From NCBI GenBank assembly GCA_902768955.1, contig CACXNH010000006.1, positions 1 to 47,622 of the forward strand: a DNA stretch of 47,622 bases, read 5' to 3'. This stretch comes from an uncultured Bacteroidia bacterium. Its GTDB lineage: Bacteria; Bacteroidota; Bacteroidia; Bacteroidales; UBA932. Below are positions 20,267 through 28,624 of this stretch, piece after piece. Positions within the stretch are counted from its first letter, which is position 1; every line of letters starts with the position of its first letter. Below the pieces are notes generated by a model. That model had not been told where the DNA came from, did not search any database, and saw only the letters and a list, made by a program, of their open reading frames with translations. The translations under genes and the position numbers were made by a program.

Positions 20267-20846
20267 CCTCTGAAAAGCCTTCAGAGGGCTTTATGGAGGG
20301 GTTTCTGGAGATAATTCCGCGGGCATCTTCATAGACATTGAACCCCACGTTCACAAGCTGCATATTGCCATCCATCGGGAAGGCAAAAACAAGGTCATGG
20401 TCTGCGCCTTCCGTGCGGAGAAACTTGAGGCGGGCATCCGCCGCCGCCGGATTTTTGGCCGATAACTCCCTTCGGGTCACCCATTTACACATCTCGATGG
20501 TGGTTTCTTCCAGGCCGGCATCGGCAATATTTATCTTTTCTATCAACTCTCCTACTTCACGCACTATGCGGAGAGTATAGCCCTCAAGCCCTTTTACGGC
20601 CTCCTGTGCAGCCACAGAAGGCCCTGCTGTGCCCGGGAGAAGCCAGAGCATCAGTTTGGAGGAAGGGTCATGATAAAGGGTTTCGGAGACCGCCACGCCG
20701 CGCCTGCCGCAGTACGGACACTCCCAGATAAAAAGGGAACCGTCCCTGACCCGGCTTTTGAGGTCCGGGTCAAGGGCGGTGTTGATGCTGCGGGGGATTG
20801 ATACCTCCGTGCTTTTGCCGCAATTACTGCAGTTTGCGAGCGCCAT
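20232..20846 (-). CDS. CpXC domain-containing protein
   Basis: CSNCG...SIN...DP.LK...DGSLF..ECPYCG...LYHDP and L.EKI pattern. Confidence 0.8.
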   Translation of the reverse strand: MALANCSNCGKSTEVSIPRSINTALDPDLKSRVRDGSLFIWECPYCGRRGVAVSETLYHDPSSKLMLWLLPGTAGPSVAAQEAVKGLEGYTLRIVREVGELIEKINIADAGLEETTIEMCKWVTRRELSAKNPAAADARLKFLRTEGADHDLVFAFPMDGNMQLVNVGFNVYEDARGIISRNPSIKPSEGFSEVNGEWLERFFQ

Positions 20847-21969
20847 CGGAGATAACTACGTCGTAAACCTTGGGAGCATGGCCGAACTTTGCTGTGAACT
20901 GCTCCTTTGCCGCGCTGATAAAAGCATCATGAAGTTCTTCCTTCACAAGGTTGATGGTGCAGCCTCCAAAGCCGCCGCCCATAACGCGGGAGCCCGTAAC
21001 ATCCATCTTGCGGGCAATCTTGTTGAGGAAGTCAAGTTCTTCGCAGGATACCTCATAGAGCCTGCTGAGGCCGAAGTGAGTCTGATACATCATCTCACCC
21101 ACGGTCTCATAATCGTCCCTTTCAAGGGCGTCGCACACATCCAGAACCCTCTGGACCTCTCCAATCACGTATTCTGCGCGGAGGAAATCCTCCTGGGTAA
21201 TCTTGTCACGTACCTCATCCAGCCAAAGGCGCTTTGCGTCTGAGAGGAAGTCCACCTCAGGATGCAGTTTCTTTATCTCCGCTGCAGCCTTTTCGCAGCT
21301 TTCGCGGCGCTTGTTGTATGCGCTGGAAGCAAGTTCATGCTTTACGCAGGAGTCAATCAGAACCAGTTTGTAACCCTTGGGGTGGAACGGGAAGTACTTG
21401 TACTCTCCGGTTTTGCAGTTGAGGCGGATAAGGGCGCCTTCCTTGCCAAAGATGGAGGCAAACTGGTCCATGATACCGCACTTCACGCCGCAGTAATTAT
21501 GCTCCGTACTCTGGCCTATCTTTGCAAGTTCAAACTTTTCAATTTTGTTGTCCCAGATATCGTTGAGAGCGTATGCAAAAGTGCTCTCAAGGGCGGCCGA
21601 TGAACTGAGGCCTGCTCCAAGGGGAACGTCACCGGCAAAAACGGCGTTGAAGCCCTCTACCTTGCCGCCCCGTTTCAGGGTTTCCCGGCATACGCCAAAC
21701 ACATAACACGCCCACGCTTCCTTGGGTTTGTCCTCTTCCTTAAGGCCAAACTCCGACATCTGGTCAAAGTCAAGGGAGTAAACCTTCACTTTGTCTGTTC
21801 CGTTGGGCTTGATTGCGGCCATAATGCCAAAGTTGATGGCGCCGGGGAACACATAACCGCCGTTGTAGTCCGTGTGCTCGCCAATAAGGTTGATTCTGCC
21901 TGCAGATGCATAGACAGCAGCCTCTTCACCGAAGAGAGCCTTGTACTTTTCCTGAATTCTGGATTTCAT
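20824..21969 (-). CDS. galK: Galactokinase
   Basis: GRINLIGEHTDYN, PLGAGLSSSAA, CGIMDQF and GGGFGGC motifs. Confidence 0.97.
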   Translation of the reverse strand: MKSRIQEKYKALFGEEAAVYASAGRINLIGEHTDYNGGYVFPGAINFGIMAAIKPNGTDKVKVYSLDFDQMSEFGLKEEDKPKEAWACYVFGVCRETLKRGGKVEGFNAVFAGDVPLGAGLSSSAALESTFAYALNDIWDNKIEKFELAKIGQSTEHNYCGVKCGIMDQFASIFGKEGALIRLNCKTGEYKYFPFHPKGYKLVLIDSCVKHELASSAYNKRRESCEKAAAEIKKLHPEVDFLSDAKRLWLDEVRDKITQEDFLRAEYVIGEVQRVLDVCDALERDDYETVGEMMYQTHFGLSRLYEVSCEELDFLNKIARKMDVTGSRVMGGGFGGCTINLVKEELHDAFISAAKEQFTAKFGHAPKVYDVVISDGARKLQ

Positions 21970-22022
21970 ATTTAAAGTTTTAGTGTTGTTCTTTGTATCA
22001 TACAAATATAGACATTTTTTTT

Positions 22023-22154
22023 GACAGAGGTAGTGGTGGCAGCTAACTTCTTATTCCTCAGTTATTTACCGGATTCTTTGGGAAAACCGGTAATCCCAAA
22101 GAACCCTGCAATAACCTCATTATCAAACACATAACTGCCACCACTACCTCTGTC
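22023..22154. repeat. 132-bp element with perfect 20-bp terminal inverted repeats (MITE-like or invertible segment)
   Basis: GACAGAGGTAGTGGTGGCAG (22023-22042) and CTGCCACCACTACCTCTGTC (22135-22154); internal TTCTTTGGGA/TCCCAAAGAA inverted repeat. Confidence 0.8.
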
Positions 22155-22172
22155 CATTTGTACCTTTACACC

Positions 22173-23126
22173 ATGAAAACACTGATTATTGCTCTTATTC
22201 TTATTTCAGGAACCCAAGTTAAGGACTCCCTTAACGTAATGTTCTGGAACCTGGAGAACTTCTTTGACTATAGAAACGACTCCACAAGCGTCTCTGACGC
22301 CGATTTCTCTCCCCGGGGCTCCCGCCGCTGGACCAAAAAGCGCTTCTACGCCAAGTGTAACGCGGTGGCTAAAGGAATACTGTGGATATCGGCCTTGAAA
22401 GGCGCGGTGCCGGATGTCATAGGCTTTGCGGAAATTGAAAATTCTTTTGTCCTGCGGCGGCTGGTCCAGGCCACGGTCCTAAGAAAACTGGATTACAGGA
22501 TCATACACTTTGACTCTCCGGACCGCCGCGGGATAGACGTTGCGCTTCTGTATCGAGGTTTAAAACCGCTGGACTCGCACCCCGCCCATCTCTTTAATGC
22601 CGATTCCACCGTAATGCCCACCAGGGACATCCTGGTTGCCACTTTTATCGGCCAAGAAGGAGATACCATAGCGCTGCTGGTGAACCACCATCCGTCAAAA
22701 TTTGGCGGGGCGGCAGCGTCTGAGACACGGAGGAACATTGCCGTGGAACGTTTGAGACAGTTGGCCGATTCCCTGCAAACGCTTGGAATCCAAAATATTA
22801 TAGCAATGGGAGATTTCAACGATACTCCCGCAAATCCGGTGTTCCACAAACTAGAACCCGTCCTGTGGAACAAGGCAGAGCGGTTCTATAAAAGGGGTGA
22901 CGGCACCATAAAATATGCAGGCAAATGGGAACTGATAGATATGTTCTTTACATCCCCTGCCATAAATAATGCAGAAATGGACATAATATATATCCCATTT
23001 CTGCAAACTCATGACAAAGCGGCTACCGGCACTAAACCCCTGCGCACATATTCCGGACCAAGATACCTTGGAGGGGTATCGGACCACTGCCCCATATGGC
23101 TGAGTGTGAACTCAGACGTTAAATAA
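22173..23126 (+). CDS. Endonuclease/exonuclease/phosphatase family protein
   Basis: FWNLENFFD, EIEN, DRRGIDVALLY, NHHPS, MGDFND and SDHCPI motifs. Confidence 0.92.
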   Translation: MKTLIIALILISGTQVKDSLNVMFWNLENFFDYRNDSTSVSDADFSPRGSRRWTKKRFYAKCNAVAKGILWISALKGAVPDVIGFAEIENSFVLRRLVQATVLRKLDYRIIHFDSPDRRGIDVALLYRGLKPLDSHPAHLFNADSTVMPTRDILVATFIGQEGDTIALLVNHHPSKFGGAAASETRRNIAVERLRQLADSLQTLGIQNIIAMGDFNDTPANPVFHKLEPVLWNKAERFYKRGDGTIKYAGKWELIDMFFTSPAINNAEMDIIYIPFLQTHDKAATGTKPLRTYSGPRYLGGVSDHCPIWLSVNSDVK

Positions 23127-23132
23127 AAAGTG
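23116..23132. repeat. att core, left copy (displaced ychF 3' end)
   Basis: Identical to 30781-30797; the minus strand reads HFLFNV-stop, as at the end of ychF. Confidence 0.92.
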
Positions 23133-23175
23133 TATATTTACCCCTTTTTGCCCTTGATTATCAATCATATAGCGC

Positions 23176-23212
23176 GTAACAAAATTAAACGAGTAACAAA
23201 CGGGTAACAAAA
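23176..23212. repeat. GTAACAAA repeats, probable integrase arm-type sites (left)
   Basis: Three GTAACAAA copies; the 26-mer 23187-23212 matches 30632-30657 at 25/26. Confidence 0.7.
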
Positions 23213-23216
23213 GCAC

Positions 23217-23292
23217 CAAAAAACCGCCTGGAAATTTTGGAGGGTGTAACAAGTTAGGCAAGGCCCAAAACTCCAATTCCTGGCGGCTTTCT
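23217..23292 (-). ncRNA. Candidate ~75-nt hairpin sRNA
   Basis: TACCTTTG -7 element (23294-23301) directly upstream; stem GCCGCC.GGAATT.GGAG pairing with CUCC..AUUUCC.GGCGGU, followed by a U-run. Confidence 0.5.
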
Positions 23293-23326
23293 GCAAAGGT
23301 AGGAAAATTTTTCAATCCGGCAAGCG

Positions 23327-23608
23327 CTATTTGTCCGTTAGTGGTGTAAATACGTGGCTGCTCACTCCGAAAATATCCCAGTAGGGTATTAGTTCGCTGT
23401 AATCCCCCCGCGTTACTATAAGCCCGGCGGCGGTTTCCTCATAGCTGGGCGCCAGCTGGCCGCCGGGGTCTGCCTGGGCTATGATAATACGGCGGTGGCC
23501 GCGGGCCTCAATCTGAATAACTCCCCCTTTTTGCGGCTGGGCCGCCAGGCGCTCTTTTAGTTTGTCCGCCAGGGTTTCAAAGGTAATACCAAAGGAAAAA
23601 CTTGTCAT
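23327..23608 (-). CDS. Hypothetical protein (93 aa)
   Basis: Abuts the upstream ORF; element-like codon usage. Confidence 0.65.
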   Translation of the reverse strand: MTSFSFGITFETLADKLKERLAAQPQKGGVIQIEARGHRRIIIAQADPGGQLAPSYEETAAGLIVTRGDYSELIPYWDIFGVSSHVFTPLTDK

Positions 23609-23609
23609 A

Positions 23610-24083
23610 CTATACGGGTGTTTCGCGGTTGCAGTAGTGGGCTATTTCCGGGTTATCCTGGCCCGGCGCATCCTGCCGGGGCGTCGGCAGGGAGTAAATA
23701 GCGGTAATTTCGGAGTATTCAATATAAACGCTCCCAGCGCCTGGCCGCGTAATTGTTACCCCGTTTTCGCCAGCTTCGTAACGGCTGCCGCTATCTGCTG
23801 CATACTGGGCATATTCGCTTACGGAGGGCTGCGTAACGTCATACCTTTTTATTTCCAGGCACTGCGTCCAGGTGTGGGAGCCGTTTATAAACTCCCCCTG
23901 GCGCGTTTTCGCAACCTCTATAAATACCTGGAAATAGTGCTGGCCCGGAAAAGGCCAGGTGCCGGGCTGCCGCTGCAAGTAGGCTATCAGGCCGGGGCCT
24001 GCATCCATTAGTACGCCTTGATCGGTAACGCGGTACCAGTCGCTGGCGTTTTTAAGATAGGCTATAAATTGTTCCCGTGTCAT
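23610..24083 (-). CDS. Hypothetical protein (157 aa)
   Basis: ATG 4 nt after the stop of the upstream ORF; operonic arrangement. Confidence 0.65.
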   Translation of the reverse strand: MTREQFIAYLKNASDWYRVTDQGVLMDAGPGLIAYLQRQPGTWPFPGQHYFQVFIEVAKTRQGEFINGSHTWTQCLEIKRYDVTQPSVSEYAQYAADSGSRYEAGENGVTITRPGAGSVYIEYSEITAIYSLPTPRQDAPGQDNPEIAHYCNRETPV

Positions 24084-24087
24084 AGCT

Positions 24088-25017
24088 TTAGCCCTCCACA
24101 ATGATAGCCGGGTAAACCTTTAAGCCGCTTTGGCGCCCGTTTACTACTTGGCCGCCGCCCTGGGCGTTACGATCCCCGGCCAGGCCGCTCGTAATTGCAA
24201 AGAGTTCCGCGGGGCTAATAGTGTGCAGCCCGGCCAGGTTGTAAAACTTGGGCGCTGCGTCCTGGGTGCGGTCAAAATAGGAAATCAGCGCGCGGGCGGT
24301 GGCATCCTGGGCGGTTAGCGAAATTGTGCCGCTGGGTGCCAGCCCAAAGCCCGCGGGATCATAAGCCGCGCTGCAATCCTCCAGGGCTGCGCGGTGCTGC
24401 TTTGCGGGCAAGCTGGCGCAAGTGGCCTTAAAGGCGGCTTGCAGTTCCAGGGCGGCGCGCTGCATCCGTTCCAGGTTAGCAATAAAGGCGGCTTGCTCTT
24501 TGGTTTCCGCGTAAAGGGTGCAAAAGTCCTCCAGGCGGGCGGCGGCATCCTGGGCGGGCGCTGCCTCCCCGTCTTTGCCTATCACGATAAGCCCGGCGCG
24601 CAAATAGTCCCTTTCTATCGCAAAGGTTAAAACGGCGTTTACCTCTTTGCGGCATTGGAGTTCTACAAACTTGCGGTTTAGCTTGGCGTCATCGGAAAGG
24701 TTCGCCAGGGGGTGCCTATTTTCCAAAGACTGGGTTTCCACGTACCCCCGCGTTTTTTCGTTCCAGCCTGGGCCGCAATCCAGCCCGGCTTTTTTGGCTG
24801 CCGCGTTTAGGATCATATCCGCCAACAGCTGGCGCAAAGGGTACCCAGGGCGCGCGCCGCAACTCATAAGCGCCCAAAGGAAAGGCACCCCAAAGGTAAT
24901 TTGCGGCGCGGCTGCTTTTACGATCTTGCCCAGGGCCGTAACACGGGCGGCGGCATCGGAAAGGCCAGCGGCCAGGGCCTGGCGCTTTGCCTCCAAAACA
25001 AATACTTTTTCTTTCAT
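24088..25017 (-). CDS. Hypothetical alanine-rich helical protein (~309 aa)
   Basis: Long ORF with element-like codon usage; alternative start at 25050. Confidence 0.7.
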   Translation of the reverse strand: MKEKVFVLEAKRQALAAGLSDAAARVTALGKIVKAAAPQITFGVPFLWALMSCGARPGYPLRQLLADMILNAAAKKAGLDCGPGWNEKTRGYVETQSLENRHPLANLSDDAKLNRKFVELQCRKEVNAVLTFAIERDYLRAGLIVIGKDGEAAPAQDAAARLEDFCTLYAETKEQAAFIANLERMQRAALELQAAFKATCASLPAKQHRAALEDCSAAYDPAGFGLAPSGTISLTAQDATARALISYFDRTQDAAPKFYNLAGLHTISPAELFAITSGLAGDRNAQGGGQVVNGRQSGLKVYPAIIVEG

Positions 25018-25168
25018 ATTTTCGCGTTTTTTAGTTGTTTTTTCGTTCATTTTGGGCCAAAAAAGGCCAAAGTTCCGCAAATCCGAAAATTTGCTTTCAG
25101 TCGTTCAAGACTGGGGGCGAGGTTTAACGAGGGGGTACCCCCTTTAAAAAAATACCCCCCCGGCATCG

Positions 25169-25306
25169 TTACTTACTTATCCCCTGGCGCCTGGCACGTT
25201 TGGCCGCTGCTTTCTGCTTTCGCTCTGCCTCCCGGTGTCTGCGCTCTGCTTTATACTTGTAATCCTGGCGGGACTGGTTGGCCGCTTTGTAGGCTGGCTT
25301 TCTCAT
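25169..25306 (-). CDS. 45-aa highly basic peptide (not in the ORF track)
   Basis: MRKPAYKAANQSRQDYKYKAERRHREAERKQKAAAKRARRQGISK; ATGA overlap with the upstream stop. Confidence 0.5.
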   Translation of the reverse strand: MRKPAYKAANQSRQDYKYKAERRHREAERKQKAAAKRARRQGISK

Positions 25307-25557
25307 TTCCCAGCGCCTCCCGCCGCCTTGCGCATTTCCCTAACCTGGGCCGCGGCCCGTTCCTGGGTGCTGCGCTGCCGCCTGGGCTTTGTCCCGGTGG
25401 CCTGGCGCATTTCCGCCAGCTGGTTAGCGCGGCGGCGTTCCCGGTACGCGCGGGCATCCTCCGGGCTGGCCGGGTTAAAGTAGTGTACTTTGGTGCCGTC
25501 CGCGCCTACAATTTCCCGCAAATAGCGGGTTTCCTTTTCGCTGCGTTTGTGTGTCAT
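25303..25557 (-). CDS. Hypothetical basic protein (84 aa)
   Basis: ATGA translational coupling at both ends. Confidence 0.6.
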   Translation of the reverse strand: MTHKRSEKETRYLREIVGADGTKVHYFNPASPEDARAYRERRRANQLAEMRQATGTKPRRQRSTQERAAAQVREMRKAAGGAGK

Positions 25558-25853
25558 AGTTCGTTACGTTTTTCGTTGGCTCTTATAGCGGCCCTTTGCT
25601 GTGCTGGGTTGGCCGCGTCCCAGTCTATTAGATCGTTAAACATTTCGGCTATTTCCGCCGCTATCGTGGTGGGCTGGCGGGCCAGCTGCTGGGCGTTCAT
25701 TTGGCGCGCTGCTGCGTACTGGGCTACTTGGGTAAGCAAGGCACGGGCAAAGGCGCAAACGTTCTTAAATCCGCCAGCCTGGGCCAGCTGTTCCGCCCTG
25801 GCGTAATCCTCCGCGGCCAGGGTTATATTTATGCGGTGGCGTTCCTTTCTCAT
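25554..25853 (-). CDS. Ribbon-helix-helix-like DNA-binding protein
   Basis: RINITL..EDY...EQLA...GFKNVCAFARALL strand-helix-helix pattern; coupled to the primase stop. Confidence 0.55.
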   Translation of the reverse strand: MRKERHRINITLAAEDYARAEQLAQAGGFKNVCAFARALLTQVAQYAAARQMNAQQLARQPTTIAAEIAEMFNDLIDWDAANPAQQRAAIRANEKRNEL

Positions 25854-26773
25854 AGGCCCAAATTGTCGAAATCGTGCTTTCCTATTTCCTGGCGGGCTAT
25901 GTAAAAGAAAGTCCCTATTTGGGCCGGGGCGTCTGCTGGGTGCCGTAATAGGCTGGTAAATTTGGCGTCCGTTTCCGCGGGCTGGTAGCCGCTATAAAGG
26001 GCGCTAATTCGGTGGGCGTAATCCCGGCCAGCCTCCCCAAACGTTGAGGCCAGGGCCGCAAGTATTCGCATCCAGTCCGCGTAATTGGCCGTAATATCCC
26101 AGCGGTTGGCCTCACAAGATTTTATAACGGCCTCCACCTTTGCTGCGGTTTCGCTGGCGTCCAGATCGCGGCCCAGGGTTTCGCGGGTTGCGTGTTCACG
26201 TTCCGGCAAGGTCAGCGCCCAGGGCTGGGCCGCTGTGTTAATATACGGGTCTGCATCCCAGGAAACAAAACGTTTGCGGGTTACGTCCTTGCAGGCCGGG
26301 TCAAGTTCCAGCCCGGCGCGCTCAAAGTGATACGCCAGGGCGCGGAAATATTCGCGGTGTTTGGCCGGGTCTGCTATCGGCACAATAACCACGTACCCGG
26401 AGCCGCCGCAAGAGTGGCCGCAATAGGCTACGTTTGGCACGGCGCTAATAGCTGCCTTTAGATCATACCCGGCCAGCGCCGTATTTATCCCCTTTTCCGG
26501 CTTGTAGTCTATATCCAGGGAAATAAAACCACTATGCCGCACAAGGCCAGCGCGGGAAACGTGCGTAAAAGTCCCGCTGGGAGTAAAGCACGGCAAGGCG
26601 GCTTTTAGGGCCTTGCGTTTGGCCGGGTCTTTCTCTGCCCTTACGGCCTCAACCTGGGCGCGCCAGGTGTCCGCAATCAGCGCCCGGCCCAGGCTTATAT
26701 TTTCTATTTCGCTATCGTCTGCGTTCACGCAAGGGAGTAACGAAATTTTGGCTTTAAATAGGCTTGCTTTCAT
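25850..26773 (-). CDS. BT4734/VirE-N-like primase domain plus PriCT-2 domain
   Basis: LK..LPCFTPSGTF, HSGFISLDID, S..G.G, D.ACKDVTR.RFVSWD; C-terminal Y.DW.RI..ALA..FGE.GR...H.IS and IGTFF. Confidence 0.85.
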   Translation of the reverse strand: MKASLFKAKISLLPCVNADDSEIENISLGRALIADTWRAQVEAVRAEKDPAKRKALKAALPCFTPSGTFTHVSRAGLVRHSGFISLDIDYKPEKGINTALAGYDLKAAISAVPNVAYCGHSCGGSGYVVIVPIADPAKHREYFRALAYHFERAGLELDPACKDVTRKRFVSWDADPYINTAAQPWALTLPEREHATRETLGRDLDASETAAKVEAVIKSCEANRWDITANYADWMRILAALASTFGEAGRDYAHRISALYSGYQPAETDAKFTSLLRHPADAPAQIGTFFYIARQEIGKHDFDNLGL

Positions 26774-26915
26774 AATATCCGTATATCCGTAAAATATCCG
26801 TAAAATATCCGTACGTACGCCCTTTTAATATATCCGTAAATCCCCGTATATATACCCCTTTAGGGGTATACGGGTTTTTACGGGTATTTATATATCATCT
26901 TCGGGCATATCCGTA
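26774..26915. repeat. Iteron-like repeats plus palindrome, probable replication origin of the element
   Basis: ATATCCGTA six times (26775, 26783, 26794, 26805, 26830, 26907) and palindrome TATACCCCT-TT-AGGGGTATA (26851-26870). Confidence 0.72.
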
Positions 26916-27919
26916 ACCGGGAAAAGGTAACTATAAAAAACCTTGCGGCCCTCTTTGGATTTAAAGAGTACGCCCGCCAGGGCGGCGGCCCTTATATCCT
27001 TTTCCGCCTTGCTTTCTTCGCATCCCTGGGCCTGGCAATATGCCTCTATAAGTTCGCCCTTTGTCTTGCGGTCTGCATCCTGGAAAAGCGGGGCAAAGCG
27101 GCTGCGCGTTTCCTCCAGGGCGCGGCCCTCTGCCTCCGCCGCTGGCGCTATCTTGAAATCATCCGCAAACGAGAAAGAGAAAGGCGGCACGGGGGCAAAG
27201 CGGCTAAAGGGCTGCGTTACTTTGGCGGTGCCCGTTCCCTCCATTTTATCCACCTGGTAAATTTCGGCGCTCTTTTGCACCATAATAGCGCCCAGGTGGC
27301 CGCGGGCCTCATTGTCTTTTTTGTTTACGTGTATTAGTCCCAGGATCGCGGCGCCGTACTTTTCCGCGTGGGCCTCCAGCTGCCGCACCACGTCCCGGCT
27401 TTTTTCCTCATCGTTAAACGCCTGGCACAAATCTACTACCCCGTCAAGAAAAACGAAATCCGCCGCGTTTTCCTCTATCGCTTGCAGGGTGGCGGCCAGG
27501 GCATCCGCCGGGCCTCCAAAGCCGCGCAAGGTTACTATTTTAAGCCGTTCCGGCTGGGTGTCAAGTCCGGCCATAGACAGCACGGCCCGCGCCTTTTTGC
27601 GCAAGGTGTTTTTATCTTGTTCCGTGTCTATCCACAAAACGGCCAAATCCTGGCGGCTGGCGGTTATGCCTATAAACTGGCCCTTTAGTGCTGCTACGAT
27701 CAGCGCCAGGCCCGCCGCGCTTTTTCCGGCTTTCTTGGTGCCTTGCAGGGTGTGGAGGTTGGCCCGCGCTATTAGGCCGTATTCGCCGCCCAGGGTAAAT
27801 AAAAAGTCTATCGGCGCATCCTCCCCGGTAACGTCAAGATACGGCACGGCGCGCCCGGTTTCCTGGGCTGCGTCTTGCCTGGGCCAGCGGCTAAAATCTA
27901 TTTTCCGTTCCTGGCTCAT
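26888..27919 (-). CDS. AAA family ATPase (RepA/AAA_25 helicase-like)
   Basis: GTKKAGKS Walker A, WIDTEQ, FLDGVVD Walker B, IHVNK, RGHLG; probable C-terminal winged helix. Confidence 0.85.
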   Translation of the reverse strand: MSQERKIDFSRWPRQDAAQETGRAVPYLDVTGEDAPIDFLFTLGGEYGLIARANLHTLQGTKKAGKSAAGLALIVAALKGQFIGITASRQDLAVLWIDTEQDKNTLRKKARAVLSMAGLDTQPERLKIVTLRGFGGPADALAATLQAIEENAADFVFLDGVVDLCQAFNDEEKSRDVVRQLEAHAEKYGAAILGLIHVNKKDNEARGHLGAIMVQKSAEIYQVDKMEGTGTAKVTQPFSRFAPVPPFSFSFADDFKIAPAAEAEGRALEETRSRFAPLFQDADRKTKGELIEAYCQAQGCEESKAEKDIRAAALAGVLFKSKEGRKVFYSYLFPVTDMPEDDI

Positions 27920-28227
27920 TATCGCAAAGGTTTAGCGGCGCAATACGCGGCGGCGCTGGCCGCTGCCTCCGCCTGGGTGGGTACGGCTTGCAGCCTGGCG
28001 GCGCGCCAGGTTTCCAGGGCTGCGCGGTCAAACATAATAAGCCGCCCGCCGTACTTGTAAAAGGGTATCTGCCTGGAGCTGGTAAGTTTGTAAAGGTAGC
28101 TTTTCTTAAAGCCCAGGAAACGGGCCGCCGCCTCCAGGTCTATAAGATCATTTGCCGCCAGCTGGCCCGGCTGGGTAATAACGGCCTGGCGCAAGGTTTC
28201 GCCGCCGTGTGGGTTTTCGTGCTGCAT
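27919..28227 (-). CDS. HTH_17 excisionase/AlpA-like DNA-binding protein
   Basis: LEAAARFLGFKKSYLYKLTS.RQIPFYK.GGR..F....LETW pattern. Confidence 0.88.
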   Translation of the reverse strand: MQHENPHGGETLRQAVITQPGQLAANDLIDLEAAARFLGFKKSYLYKLTSSRQIPFYKYGGRLIMFDRAALETWRAARLQAVPTQAEAAASAAAYCAAKPLR

Positions 28228-28264
28228 ACTGCTACTATTTTGGTTTTACATTTGTACTTTCAAT

Positions 28265-28346
28265 AAAAAGCCCGCACCCCAGGAAAAGAAGAAAAGCGCA
28301 AGCGGCGCGGGCTGCAAAGCTTTTCAGTAATGCAAGGGCAAATTTA
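28265..28346 (-). promoter_or_regulatory. Promoter with a leader terminator-like hairpin upstream of the xis-replication operon
   Basis: TAAATTTG (28339-28346), then AGCCCGCGCC...GGTGCGGGCT-TTTT on the minus strand. Confidence 0.55.
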
Positions 28347-28453
28347 AAGGCAAAAACCAAAATAAAGTAAAGAATATCAAATAGTTAGCCCCTACAAAAG
28401 TGGGCTTTCCACAAATGTAGGGGCGTAAGGGGTCAGCGGGTGGCCGCTGGCGG

Positions 28454-28612
28454 TTACTGCTGGGCTGCGAAATAGTCCTTTAGGCCGTTAAGCCCTTGCA
28501 GGGTTTCGCGCATCGTGGCCGCTGGCGTGGCATCCGTCCAGCTCTTTAAAAGTAGGTCAATAGCATTTGCGCAAACGTTCTGCGCGTCCTGGAAAAATTC
28601 TTTGTCTTGCAT
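28454..28612 (-). CDS. 52-aa small protein (not in the ORF track)
   Basis: MQDKEFFQDAQNVCANAIDLLLKSWTDATPAATMRETLQGLNGLKDYFAAQQ; starts 12 nt after the upstream stop. Confidence 0.55.
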   Translation of the reverse strand: MQDKEFFQDAQNVCANAIDLLLKSWTDATPAATMRETLQGLNGLKDYFAAQQ

Positions 28613-28624
28613 AACTTGTTACGT

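Noticed and set aside
23176-23212. Short repeats here and at 26774-26915 as a possible CRISPR array
   Set aside because: Units are 8-11 bp with no unique spacers, and there are no cas genes.
23112-23315. 67-aa ORF ending in HFLFNV like YchF
   Set aside because: It spans the promoter, hairpin and arm sites; the ending is simply the att duplication.
24901-25806. 301-aa plus-strand ORF in the element
   Set aside because: Antisense to a chain of ATGA-coupled minus-strand ORFs.
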